Below, in pieces: positions 39,740 through 53,140 of a stretch of DNA of 64,000 bases. Numbering within the stretch: the stretch's first letter is position 1; each line of letters begins with the position of its first letter. The stretch comes from Eledone cirrhosa (taxonomy: Eukaryota), in assembly GCA_964016885.1 (NCBI GenBank), contig OZ024748.1, positions 41,602,001 through 41,666,000 on the forward strand, in the 5' to 3' direction. The notes under the pieces are model-generated. The model saw only the letters and a program-made list of their open reading frames with translations, did no database searches and was not told the origin of the DNA. The translations under genes and the position numbers were made by a program.

Positions 39740-40239
39740 TATATATATATATATATATATAATAAGAAGCAACAACAATAATAATAATAGTAGTAACAAC
39801 AGCAGCAACATTTATTATTATATATATATGATATATATAATATCTTTGCAGCAAAGAGTTACGGCCCTTGCCATTCTGAGTAAATGTTAATAAACTGACA
39901 CAGTCTGTGAAGCCTTATCCAAACTTTTTGATAATCTAGAACTGGGTGGAACATGGAGGAATTTTAAAGACTAAGATTATTCGACTGGAGCAGATGTACT
40001 TCGGTTATAGGTTGAATAAAACATGACTGGTTTGATAATAACGATCCTATTATCGTCAGCCAGTTAGTAAGAGACCTCAGGCGTACTTGGACCCCGTACT
40101 GCCGAGCTCCTCCGCAAGATCTCAACGTCAACAGCCCGTCTGAGGAAGGACCTCTGAAGGTGGGGGTGGCTGTTGCAGGCCATTGGCCGCAGAGATGCTT
40201 TTGCGTTCTTGTCCGCGGGGTGCAACCCCCAACACTGCC

Positions 40240-40515
40240 ATGCCCTAGAGCCCATCACCCTCCCTCTTCCCTCCCATTCTCCTGTAACCCCAGAACCCTT
40301 GCCCTCCCTCTTCCCCCTCTCATTCTTCTGTGACACCAGAGCCCACAACCCTCCCTCCCCATTCTTCTGTGACCTCAGAGCCCACCACCCTCCCAATCTT
40401 GACCCCAGAGCCCACCACCCTCCCAATCTTGACCCCAGAGCCCACCACCCTCCCGATCTTCTGACCCCAGAGCCCACCACCTCCCACCCCCCATTCTCAT
40501 GTGACCCCAGAGCCT
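40240..40515. repeat. C-rich ~30-bp degenerate tandem (GACCCCAGAGCCCACCACCCTCCCAATCTT)
   Basis: About 8 units. Confidence 0.8.
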
Positions 40516-41049
40516 TCGCCCTTCCCTTCATTTTCCGTTGTTAAATATCTGTAGTGTTATTTGAAATAGATTTCTTTACGATTTTTTCTAAAGAAATTAT
40601 TAATGTTAGTGAAAACAAAAGAAACACTATGAAAATATCCTGCGTGAGAATCCCTTAACCTGATCTGCTTCTAAGAAGATATAATACAGTACCAGTCATA
40701 CACTGGGGTTGATATATTTACCATCCACTCACCCCCAAACATTCCTAACTTTGTATCTATGTTAGAAACAAAAATAATTTTCTTTATTTTCTTATTTCTA
40801 GACTCTATCATGTTGGAACCAAAACAGAAGCAACAACAACAACAGCAGCAAAAACAACAACAACAACAAAGACAATTTTCAAACCCGATCATTTCTAAAA
40901 TAAAAACATATATTTGAAAAAAAAAATGAAAAAAAAAAATAGAAGGGAAAAATAAAATATATAAATAAAACAAGCAAAATGAATACAGAAATTATTTTTC
41001 ATTGTGAATAAAATTACATGATATGACATAGCAGTCACTTTTAACTGGA

Positions 41050-41400
41050 ATGGTGTGGTGTGTGGTGTGGTGTGGTGTGGTGTAGTGTAGTATAGTGTGG
41101 TGTAGTGTAGTGTGGTATAATATAGTGTGGTGTGGTATGGTGCAGTGTGGTGTAGTATGGTGTGGTGTAGTGTAGTATGGTGTGGTGTAGTGTAGTGTAG
41201 TGTAGGGTGGTGTGGTGTGGTGTAGTGTAGTGTGGTGTAATGTAGTGTGGTGTGGTATAGTGTGGTGTAGTGTAGTCTAGTATGGTGTAGTGTGGTGTAA
41301 TGTGCTGTGGTGTAGTGTAGTGTCGTGTAGTGTGGTGTAGTGTAGTGTGGTGTGGAGTGGTGTAGTGTGGTGTGGAGTGGTGCGGTGTAGTGTGGTGTGA
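41050..41400. repeat. (GTGTR)n pentanucleotide microsatellite
   Basis: Read directly. Confidence 0.9.
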
Positions 41401-41784
41401 GATTGTATGGCGAGGAATGTTATATTATGGTGTGGAATGGATACTAAAGACGTCGTTCTTCTGTCAAAGTTCTTGTGAAACTTTTGACAGAACCATTCTG
41501 ACATAAGTAATTGAAGAATTCAACAATGAGGAGAGGAAGGAAGGAGAATAAAGTTGCTTTAAAGCCGACAATTTCTCTTCTGTTATTTTTGTTTTCAATG
41601 AAATAGTGAAGTATGGAAGCAGCGAATTGGCAGAATCTTTGGGGAGTCACTGTTCTGGCTAACAGCACTCTGCGTTCAAATACCATTGGAGTCAGCTTCG
41701 TCTTTCATCATTTGAGGGTCGATAAATAAAATACCAGTCCAGTTCAACACACACGGACTCTCTCTCCCTCTCTATTTAGAAAGT

Positions 41785-44700
41785 AGGAGGCTGAACTAAA
41801 TACAAGAAACATCAAAACTGGCGCAACAAGAGGCCAGTTTCAGAATTCAGTAATCAAAAGAAGGGAGGTAGGTGTAAAAGCCAAACAAGCTATCTTCAGT
41901 TCAGTATTCGTGCCAACCCTTACCTATGGTCATGAATCTCGGGTAATGACCAAAAGTAGACGATCGCGAATACAAGTGACCAAAAAGTCCTTACAGTAAC
42001 CGTTACTCAATAAGGTGCATAACTCAGACATCAGAGAGTCACTCCAGGTAGAGCCATTACTTCTCCGAATTGAGAGATCACAGCTCCGATACTATGGACA
42101 TGTGGTTAGAATGTCTCAGGAAAGAATCACTGAATTGAGAGATCACAGCTCCAATACTATGGACATGTGGTTAGAATCACTGAATTGAGAGATCACGTCT
42201 CTGATACTATGGACATGTGGTTAGAATGTCTCAGGAAAGAATCACTGAATTGAGAGATCACAGCTCCAATACTATGGACATGTGGTTAGAATGTCTCAGG
42301 AAAGAATCAACTGAATTGAGAGATCACAGCTCCGATACTATGGACATGTGATTAGAATGTCTCAGGAAAGAATCTCTGAATTGAGAGATCACAGTTCTGA
42401 TACTATGGACATGTGGTTAGAATGTCTCAGGAAAGAATCACTGAATTGAGAGATCACAGCTCTGATACTATGGACATGTGGTTAGAATGTCTCAGGAAAG
42501 AATCACTGAATTGAGAGATCACAGCTCTGATACTATGGACATGTGGTTAGAATGTCTCAGGAAAGAATCACTGAATTGAGAGATCACAGCTCCGATACTA
42601 TAAACATGTGGTTAGAATGTCTCAGGAAAGAATCACTGAATTGAGAGATCACAGCTCCGATACTATGGACATGTGATTAGAATGTCTCAGGAAAGAATCT
42701 CTGAATTGAGAGATCACAGTTCTGATACTATGGACATGTGGTTAGAATGTCTCAGGAAAGAATCACTGAATTGAGAGATCACAGCTCCAATACTATAAAC
42801 ATGTGGTTAGAATGTCTCAGGAAAGAATCACTGAATTGAAAGATCACAGCTCCAATACTATGGACATGTGGTTAGAATGTCTCAGGAAAGAATCACTGAA
42901 TTGAGAGATCACAGCTCCAATACTATGGACATGTGATTAGAATGTCTCAGGAAAGAATCACTGAATTGAGAGATCACAGCTCCAATACTATGGACATGTG
43001 GTTAGAATGTCTCAGGGAAGAATCACTGAATTGAGACATCACAGCTCCGATACTATAAACATGTGCTTAGAATATCTCAGGAAAGAATCACTGAACTGAG
43101 AGATCACTTCTCTGATACTATGGACATGTGGTTAGAATGTCTCAGGAAAGAATCACTGAATTGAGAGATCACAGCTCCAATACTATGGACATGTGGTTAG
43201 AATGTCTCAGGAAAGAATCACTGAATTGAGAGATCACAGCTCCAATACTATGGACATGTGGTTAGAATGTCTCAGGAAAGAATCACTGAATTGAGAGATC
43301 ACAGCTCTGATACTATGGACATGTGGTTAGAATGTCTCAGGAAAGAATCACTGAATTGAGAGATCACAGCTCCAATACTATGGACATGTGATTAGAATGT
43401 CTCAGGAAAGAATCACTGAATTGAGAGATCACAGCTCCAATACTATGGACATGTGGTTAGAATGTCTCAGGAAAGAATCACTGAATTGAGAGATCACAGC
43501 TCCGATACTATAAACATGTGGTTAGAATGTCTCAGGAAAGAATCACTGAATTGAGAGATCACAGCTCCGATACTATGGACATGTGGTTAGAATGTCTCAG
43601 GAAAGAATCACTGAATTGAGAGATCACAGCTAGCTCTGATACTATGGACATGTGGTTAGAATGTCTCAGGAAAGAATCACTGAATTGAGAGATCACAGCT
43701 CTGATACTATGGACATGTGGTTAGAATGTCTCAGGAAAGAATCACTGAATTGAGAGATCACAGCTCTGATACTATAGACATGTGGTTAGAATGTCTCAGG
43801 AAAGAATCACTGAATTGAGAGATCACAGCTCTGATACTATAGACATGTGGTTAGAATGTCTCAGGAAAGAATCACTGAATTGAGAGATCACAGCTCTGAT
43901 ACTATAAACATGTGGTTAGAATGTCTCAGGAAAGAATCACTGAATTGAGAGATCACAGCTCTGATACTATAGACATGTGGTTAGAATGTCTCAGGAAAGA
44001 ATCACTGAATTGAGAGATCACAGCTCTGATACTATAGACATGTGGTTAGAATGTCTCAGGAAAGAATCACTGAATTGAGAGATCACAGCTCTGATACTAT
44101 AAACATGTGGTTAGAATGTCTCAGGAAAGAATCACTGAATTGAGAGATCACAGTTCTGATACTATGGACATGTGGTTAGAATGTCTCAGGAAAGAATCAC
44201 TGAATTGAGAGATCACAGCTCTGATACTATGGACATGTGGTTAGAATGTCTCAGGGAAGAATCACTGAATTGAGAGATCACAGCTCTGATACTATGGACA
44301 TGTGGTTAGAATGTCTCAGGAAAGAATCACTGAATTGAGAGATCACAGCTCTGATACTATGGACATGTGGTTAGAATGTCTCAGGAAAGAATCACTGAAT
44401 TGAGAGATCACAGCTCCAATACTATGGACATGTGGTTAGAATGTCTCAGGAAAGAATCACTGAATTGAGAGATCACAGCTCCAATACTATGGACATGTGG
44501 TTAGAATGTCTCAGGAAAGAATCACTGAATTGAGAGATCACAGCTCTGATACTATGGACATGTGGTTAGAATGTCTCAGGAAAGAATCACTGAATTGAGA
44601 GATCACAGCTCTGATACTATGGACATGTGGTTAGAATGTCTCAGGAAAGAATCACTGAATTGAGAGATCACAGCTAGCTCTGATACTATGGACATGTGGT

Positions 44701-45465
44701 TAGAATGTCTCAGGAAAGAATCACTGAATTGAGAGATCACAGCTCTGATACTATGGACATGTGGTTAGAATGTCTCAGGAAAGAATCACTGAATTGAGAG
44801 ATCACAGCTCTGATACTATAGACATGTGGTTAGAATGTCTCAGGAAAGAATCACTGAATTGAGAGATCACAGCTCTGATACTATAGACATGTGGTTAGAA
44901 TGTCTCAGGAAAGAATCACTGAATTGAGAGATCACAGCTCTGATACTATAGACATGTGGTTAGAATGTCTCAGGAAAGAATCACTGAATTGAGAGATCAC
45001 AGCTCTGATACTATAAACATGTGGTTAGAATGTCTCAGGAAAGAATCACTGAATTGAGAGATCACAGCTCTGATACTATGGACATGTGGTTAGAATGTCT
45101 CAGGAAAGAATCACTGAATTGAGAGATCACAGCTCTGATACTATGGACATGTGGTTAGAATGTCTCAGGAAAGAATCACTGAATTGAGAGATCACAGCTC
45201 TGATACTATGGACATGTGGTTAGAATGTCACTGGACAGATTTTATGGGCAAAACTAACATGTAGGAGACAAGACCAAGGGGTAGACCTCGAGCAAGATGG
45301 TTGGATAACATCCATGAGCTTGGCTGGTCTTTCTTGGGGATCCAGACAGATCAATTGGAGACAGTTGCTTCTGACAGGACCTGCTGGAAGGAGGGTTTGA
45401 GGACTGACCCACAACCCTCCCAAGAAGGAGAAGAATGGGAGGGGGGGAGATGAAGGAGAAGAGGA
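41785..45465 (+). mobile_element. 5'-truncated RTE-clade LINE whose ORF is interrupted by a tandem amplification of its own sequence
   Basis: Before the array: PTLTYGHES...NSDIRESLQVEPLLLRIERSQLRYYGHVVRM. After it: RPRGRPRARWLDNI...ASDRTCW. Both are RTE C-terminal motifs. Confidence 0.85.
42067..45230. repeat. 65-bp minisatellite, about 48 copies
   Basis: Unit GAATTGAGAGATCACAGCTCTGATACTATGGACATGTGGTTAGAATGTCTCAGGAAAGAATCACT. Confidence 0.97.
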
Positions 45466-45740
45466 AGGTCTGATATAATGGACTAAATCCATTCAAGGCA
45501 GTGCTCCAGCAAGGCCGTAGTTTAATAGCTGGAACTAGTAAATAAATAAGATAATAAATATGTGTAGCTTTAATGAGGATCCAATACATGTTATTTCTGA
45601 TTAAAACTTTGCTACATGTTGTACACATGTGGTGTATATGTGTATACATAACCACACGTGTACATACATATATATGTATATATATATACATGTGTGTGTG
45701 TGTGAGCACATTATATATATACATATGTATACATACATAT

Positions 45741-46735
45741 ACCAGATAGAAAAATGTGTACAGCAAAAAAAAGTAATATTGTTGGACTATAAACCTTTAA
45801 AAATACAGGACAAGAAACTAAGATAAAACTTTAAAGAATTGGACAAGAAATAAAAAATTTTACAATAATATTAGTGGCAAAATTTTTATTGGTAAAAAAA
45901 TCGAGTTCCACATTCATAGGCTCTGGGTTCCACATTCAGAGGTCGTCCTCAGACCGGGGGGATCATTTGATCCTGGTTTGAACACCAATTGGGCCATAAC
46001 CACACCCTTATTTCATCATTCAGCGACACGCCTCATGTGTCATGCATAATGTGAATGGACCCATGGGCCCATGAGCACAGATCTTGAGCAGCAGCGGATG
46101 GTCTTGTCGTCCTGCTCATCCTTGATCTTGACCAACCCGTCCATCTTCTCCTTGCATCTTGTCCTTGAGTTCAAGTCCGGCAGTCCAGATGAATGCGCGG
46201 CACAGCTTTCTGGTACAGGAAGGGGGAGCAGGAGGACTGGAGGGATGACGGGACAGAGGGAGGGAGGACCGGTGGTTGAGGGAGGTTTCCGTAGTCGGTG
46301 GTCAGAGTCGACATCTTGTCCCGGTCGTCTTCTCCATCTTCGTCTGGTGTTGCAGGACCAGAAGTGCATTCTTGGAGGAGACCTGCAGCTGCATCGGCCA
46401 ATTCTTCTTGCAATGGTCATTCTGACGGAGTAGAACTGCTCAGCCAACCAACCCTAACCAGAACCAACCGCTCAGGGGCAACGCACAATGAGAGCATGAC
46501 AATTATTATGCACTAATCAAGAAGATACTGGGGCATAGCACAGGAAACGAATAAAAAAATTTTGCCACTAATATTATTGTAAAATTTTTTATTTCTTGTC
46601 CAATTCTTTTAAAGTTTTATCTTAGTTTCTTGTCCTATTCTTTTAAAGTTTTATTTTAGTTTCTTGTCCTGTATTTTTAAAGGTTTATATTCCAACAATA
46701 TTACTTTTTTTGCTGTACGCATTTTTCTATCTGGT
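45741..46735. mobile_element. Element with ~150-bp AT-rich inverted repeats around a ~650-bp GC-rich, decayed coding-like core
   Basis: 45741-45890 is the reverse complement of 46550-46735; the right arm has a ~30-bp internal duplication. Confidence 0.7.
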
Positions 46736-47008
46736 CTACTATTTTTTAAGGCAATGCAAGCAACAACTATCTAATAATTAAATGATCATAGTGAATTACT
46801 GACAAGTGATTGACATTTTAAAGTTCTTTTGAGTATAATTGCAATCTAGTTGAGGCAACTGGCTTAATGACAAAGCTAGTAAATCATGAATGCATTTGAG
46901 ATGATTAGTGCATAATAGTGAATTGGTGAAACTTGTGCATTTCAATGGTGTTACAACAATAGATGTAAGTTATATAGTAGTAATACTTTATCATTTTAAC
47001 TTTTTAGA

Positions 47009-47368
47009 ATGGACAAAAACCCATGCAAAGAAATGACTTTGACTGCAGTGATTCTCTCCAATTTACTTACAAAGCAAAACGTGGTCAAATACCTTATCAT
47101 CTCTGATAAAATGCCCATTGAATCACTGAAAATCGGATGCATGGAATTCCTCATAAAATGCACCTATGAATCGGAAGCCATCACATATATCAATGGATAT
47201 AGGGAGTTGTTCACACTGGAAGACCATCACTTCATTTGTGACTTCATCAGTTATCTCCACGATTATCTCAGACACCCAATGCCATTGATGAGAGGTGATC
47301 CAATGTGTGAGCATGTAACTAATCTTATAGAAGTTGTTATCGACCACCTGGCTTTTAGTGACATTTGA
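47009..47368 (+). CDS. 119-aa ORF or exon with a BACK-like (BTB-associated) helical motif
   Basis: LTKQNVVKYLIISDKMPIESLKIGCMEFL resembles the SPOP-type BACK motif; non-repetitive ORF in AT-rich DNA, preceded by a TTTTTAG acceptor. Confidence 0.4.
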   Translation: MDKNPCKEMTLTAVILSNLLTKQNVVKYLIISDKMPIESLKIGCMEFLIKCTYESEAITYINGYRELFTLEDHHFICDFISYLHDYLRHPMPLMRGDPMCEHVTNLIEVVIDHLAFSDI

Positions 47369-48469
47369 CTGATAATGATGTATTTTTAAAAAGTATGTGT
47401 ACATTCTTGTTACTATTTTAAGGCAATGCAAGCAACAACTATTTAATAAAATTTAAATTTAAAAATGACCATTGTGCATTACTAGTATGATGACATTTTA
47501 TTAAGTCACAAAATTCGTCAGTCAGCCATAGAACAAGGATCAGGTGGCAAAAACATTGGCAAAAATTTGTGTCAATTTAAGATTTCCAACATTGTTCAAA
47601 TGAATCATATCTGGTTTGAAGTCAGATTTGTCAAATTTTGACCAATTTTCAATGTTGTGAAGATTGGGCAAGTTCAATTTTTGAATCATTTCTTTCATGC
47701 AGTAATTAAACTTTTCCAAACGTCGTCATTTCTGGATTACCTCCCCTAGCGTCACGCTTACTACTCACTCACTTGAACACAAGATTTATCAGCAAACTTT
47801 GATTATAAACTTTTTCCCGCTGGACCAAATTTCTAGATTTTTAAGCCAAAAGATGCGTAATGATCTACTGTTCATGCTCATATAAGTTTTATCTCAATTA
47901 AATAAAGTAGAGCCGCGCTGTACTGTCGTAAACAGACGATTGCCAACTAAAACACGACCACAACAATATTACTAAACGGACTACCGTCCGTTTAGGATAT
48001 GCATATATATATGTATGTGTGTTGTTCCCTTTATTAAATGTCACCAAGAAACATCAAGAAATGTCCAAGAGTAAAGAAAGAAGACAAGAAAAGTTAGTTG
48101 GAAAACAAACTGCAGTGATTTTTGTTGATTAATTAATGTCAAGAGAATTGTCATGTTAGTTTTGTGTTAGACATCTCTAGCTTACTGGAGAGACAACCAT
48201 GACCACCACCACCACCACCATCACCACAGCCGACACCACCACAGCCACCATCATCACCACAACCATCATCATTAACCAAGGCAAATAACTGACAATTATA
48301 ATTTATATAAGATGGTTGACAGAGTGCCTGGCATGTTGGAAATAGAAAACTTCCAGTGACATCATATATATATTATATTATATAAGCAAAGAGATATTTA
48401 ATTTGTTGGTAATTCAACAAATATATATATTTATAACTGATTCGAAGCACTCAAGTTTTTCTGGAGTAT

Positions 48470-48818
48470 AATATCAATGATATTAATAAATGGAAACTAT
48501 ATTTATAAAACCATATTTATTCTTTTATATATATTTCAAGGGTACCAAAATTTTGGTACGCTCTCATCAGATAAAATACAAAGTTAGTTTTATAAATATT
48601 GACATAACCAGGAATGAGATCTTAACGGTTCAAGTTTTACCTGGATAGTGAAACTTGAACCGTTAAGATCTCATTCCTGGAAATGTCAATATTTATAAAA
48701 CAAACTTTGTATTTTATCTGATGAGAGCGTACCAAAGTTTTGGTACCCTTGAAATATATATAATAGAATAAATATGGTTTTATAAATATAGTTTCCATTT
48801 ATTAATATCATTGATATA
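48470..48818. repeat. Fold-back palindrome, family A copy 2, with hammerheads at 48518-48578 (-) and 48710-48770 (+)
   Basis: tattttat-CTGATGA-gagcGTACCAAAgtTTTGGTACcctt-GAAA-tatata-TA-atagaata; ~165-bp arms. Confidence 0.92.
48710..48770 (+). ncRNA. Minimal type-I hammerhead ribozyme, family A copy 2, right arm
   Basis: Intact core, 8-bp stem I, long stem II hairpin, AUA triplet, AATAAA. Confidence 0.78.
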
Positions 48819-49138
48819 GATAAAATGGAAAACGAAGAATCAGTGATGCATCGGAGCTCAATTTATTGCGTGTTACAAATGTTTCTCCGGTGAACAGCTC
48901 GAGGTACGATCTATTGGTTGATCGACCTGACTCTGGATTCGCAAGTTCCTCAGATACGTCTGTTGGTTACAAAGCAGGTTCTCTTTATAACCAACAGACG
49001 TATCTGAGGAACTTGCGAATCCAGAGTCAGGTCGATCAACCAATAGATCGTACCTCGAGCTGTTCACCGGAGAAACATTTGTAACACGCAATAAATTGAG
49101 CTCCGATGCATCACTGATTCTTCGTTTTCCATTTTATC
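48819..49138. repeat. Near-perfect ~320-bp palindrome, family C, with a hammerhead-like motif in each arm
   Basis: Arms nearly identical over ~150 bp. cgtat-CTGAGGA-(61 nt)-GAAA-catttG-TA-acacg-caataaa at 48999-49095; base of stem II is degenerate. Confidence 0.9.
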
Positions 49139-49212
49139 ATACTCTGCTCCGTAGGAGCATAGAGTGCTCAACCGGCATGCCGCCTATGGACGCATCTTAG
49201 CTACCATAAGAC

Positions 49213-49245
<33 letters not shown>

Positions 49246-49412
49246 TACACAGACCTATTAACTCTCCCCATCTGACGGGGGTGATCTCCCACTTTGGAGT
49301 GGCTGAGAGATGTCTTCTCTTTTATTATGTAAAATCTCCCCATTTTTCCCCATTTTGGGGCTATTTTTTTTCATGGTACTCTCCGTTTGTGTTTTTAGAG
49401 GTTGGCATGTCG

Positions 49413-52400
49413 TGTTGTTCCTACATAATTAGGTGTAGGACAGACATACACAACTTTCAGTGACATCATATATCTTGTTCCTACATAATTAGGTGTACGA
49501 CAGACATACACAACTTTCAGTGACATCATATATCTTGTTCGTACATAATTAGGTGTAGGACAGACATACACAACTTTCAGTGACATCATATATCTTGTTC
49601 CTACATAATTAGGTGTATGACAGACATACACAACTTTCAGTGACATCATATATCTTGTTCCTACATAATTAGGTGTATGACAGACATACACAACTTTCAG
49701 TGACATCATATATCTTGTTCCTACATAATTAGGTGTAGGACAGACATACACAACTTTCAGTGACATCATATATGTTGTTCCTACATAATTAGGTGTATGA
49801 CAGACATACACAACTTTCAGTGACATCATATATCTTGTTCCTACATAATTAGGTGTAGGACAGACATACACAACTTTCAGTGACATCATATATCTTGTTC
49901 CTACATAATTAGGTGTAGGACAGACATACACAACTTTCAGTGACATCATATATCTTGTTCCTACATAATTAGGTGTAGGACAGACATACACAACTTTCAG
50001 TGACATCATATATCTTGTTCCTACATAATTAGGTGTAGGACAGACATACACAACTTTCAGTGACATCATATATCTTGTTCCTACATAATTAGGTGTAGGA
50101 CAGACATACACAACTTTCAGTGACATCATATATCTTGTTCCTACATAATTAGGTGTACGACAGACATACACAACTTTCAGTGACATCATATATCTTGTTC
50201 CTACATAATTAGGTATAGGACAGACATACACAACTTTCAGTGACATCATATATCTTGTTCCTACATAATTAGGTGTACGACAGACATACACAACTTTCAG
50301 TGACATCATATATCTTGTTCCTACATAATTAGGTGTAGGACAGACATACACAACTTTCAGTGACATCATATATCTTGTTCGTACATAATTAGGTGTATGA
50401 CAGACATACACAACTTTCAGTGACATCATATATCTTGTTCCTACATAATTAGGTGTAGGACAGACATACACAACTTTCAGTGACATCATATATGTTGTTC
50501 CTACATAATTAGGTGTAGGACAGACATACACAACTTTCAGTGACATCATATATCTTGTTCCTACATAATTAGGTGTACGACAGACAAACACAACTTTCAG
50601 TGACATCATATATCTTGTTCCTACATAATTAGGTGTAGGACAGACATACACAACTTTCAGTGACATCATATATCTTGTTCCTACATAATTAGGTGTAGGA
50701 CAGACATACACAACTTTCAGTGACATCATATATCTTGTTCCTACATAATTAGGTGTACGACAGACATACACAACTTTCAGTGACATCATATATCTTGTTC
50801 CTACATAATTAGGTATAGGACAGACATACACAACTTTCAGTGACATCATATATCTTGTTCCTACATAATTAGGTGTACGACAGACATACACAACTTTCAG
50901 TGACATCATATATCTTGTTCCTACATAATTAGGTGTAGGACAGACATACACAACTTTCAGTGACATCATATATCTTGTTCGTACATAATTAGGTGTATGA
51001 CAGACATACACAACTTTCAGTGACATCATATATCTTGTTCCTACATAATTAGGTGTAGGACAGACATACACAACTTTCAGTGACATCATATATCTTGTTC
51101 CTACATAATTAGGTGTAGGACAGACATACACAACTTTCAGTGACATCATATATGTTGTTCCTACATAATTAGGTGTATGACAGACATACACAACTTTCAG
51201 TGACATCATATATCTTGTTCCTACATAATTAGGTGTAGGACAGACATACACAACTTTCAGTGACATCATATATCTTGTTCCTACATAATTAGGTGTAGGA
51301 CAGACATACACAACTTTCAGTGACATCATATATCTTGTTCCTACATAATTAGGTGTAGGACAGACATACACAACTTTCAGTGACATCATATATCTTGTTC
51401 CTACATAATTAGGTGTAGGACAGACATACACAACTTTCAGTGACATCATATATCTTGTTCCTACATAATTAGGTGTAGGACAGACATACACAACTTTCAG
51501 TGACATCATATATCTTGTTCCTACATAATTAGGTGTACGACAGACATACACAACTTTCAGTGACATCATATATCTTGTTCCTACATAATTAGGTATAGGA
51601 CAGACATACACAACTTTCAGTGACATCATATATCTTGTTCCTACATAATTAGGTGTACGACAGACATACACAACTTTCAGTGACATCATATATCTTGTTC
51701 CTACATAATTAGGTGTAGGACAGACATACACAACTTTCAGTGACATCATATATCTTGTTCGTACATAATTAGGTGTATGACAGACATACACAACTTTCAG
51801 TGACATCATATATCTTGTTCCTACATAATTAGGTGTAGGACAGACATACACAACTTTCAGTGACATCATATATGTTGTTCCTACATAATTAGGTGTAGGA
51901 CAGACATACACAACTTTCAGTGACATCATATATCTTGTTCCTACATAATTAGGTGTACGACAGACAAACACAACTTTCAGTGACATCATATATCTTGTTC
52001 CTACATAATTAGGTGTAGGACAGACATACACAACTTTCAGTGACATCATATATCTTGTTCCTACATAATTAGGTATAGGACAGACATACACAACTTTCAG
52101 TGACATCATATATCTTGTTCCTACATAATTAGGTGTACGACAGACATACACAACTTTCAGTGACATCATATATCTTGTTCGTACATAATTAGGTGTAGGA
52201 CAGACATACACAACTTTCAGTGACATCATATATCTTGTTCCTACATAATTAGGTGTATGACAGACATACACAACTTTCAGTGACATCATATATCTTGTTC
52301 CTACATAATTAGGTGTATGACAGACATACACAACTTTCAGTGACATCATATATCTTGTTCCTACATAATTAGGTGTAGGACAGACATACACAACTTTCAG

Positions 52401-53140
52401 TGACATCATATATGTTGTTCCTACATAATTAGGTGTATGACAGACATACACAACTTTCAGTGACATCATATATCTTGTTCCTACATAATTAGGTGTAGGA
52501 CAGACATACACAACTTTCAGTGACATCATATATCTTGTTCCTACATAATTAGGTGTAGGACAGACATACACAACTTTCAGTGACATCATATATCTTGTTC
52601 CTACATAATTAGGTGTACGACAGACATACACAACTTTCAGTGACATCATATATCTTGTTCCTACATAATTAGGTGTACGACAGACATACACAACTTTCAG
52701 TGACATCATATATCTTGTTTCTACATAATTAGATGTACGACAGACATACACAACTTTCAGTGACATCATATATCTTGTTCCTACATAATTAGGTGTACGA
52801 CAGACATACACAACTTTCAGTGACATCATATATCTTGTTCCTACATAATTAGGTATAGGACAGATATACACAACTTTCAGTGACATCATATATCTTGTTC
52901 CTACATAATTAGGTGTAGGACAGACATACACAACTTTCAGTGACATCATATATCTTGTTCCTACATAATTAGGTGTACGACAGACATACACAACTTTCAG
53001 TGACGTCATATATCTTGTTCCTACATAATTAGGTGTAGGACAGACATACACAACTTTCAGTGACATCATATATCTTGTTCCTACATAATTAGGTGTAGGA
53101 CAGACATACACAACTTTCAGTGACATCATATATCTTGTTC
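49413..53140. repeat. 60-bp minisatellite, about 62 very homogeneous copies
   Basis: Unit CAGACATACACAACTTTCAGTGACATCATATATCTTGTTCCTACATAATTAGGTGTAGGA; source of the 1244-aa ORF. Confidence 0.98.

Noticed and set aside
40064-40544. GC-rich ORFs on both strands
   Set aside because: Mostly tandem 30-bp repeats; no convincing domain or splice context.
48866-49091. Twin 72-aa ORFs on opposite strands
   Set aside because: A consequence of the palindrome; TTG starts and no recognisable domain.
49395-53129. 1244-aa repeat protein
   Set aside because: The 60-bp unit simply lacks a stop in one frame; no signal peptide or unique termini; transposon context.
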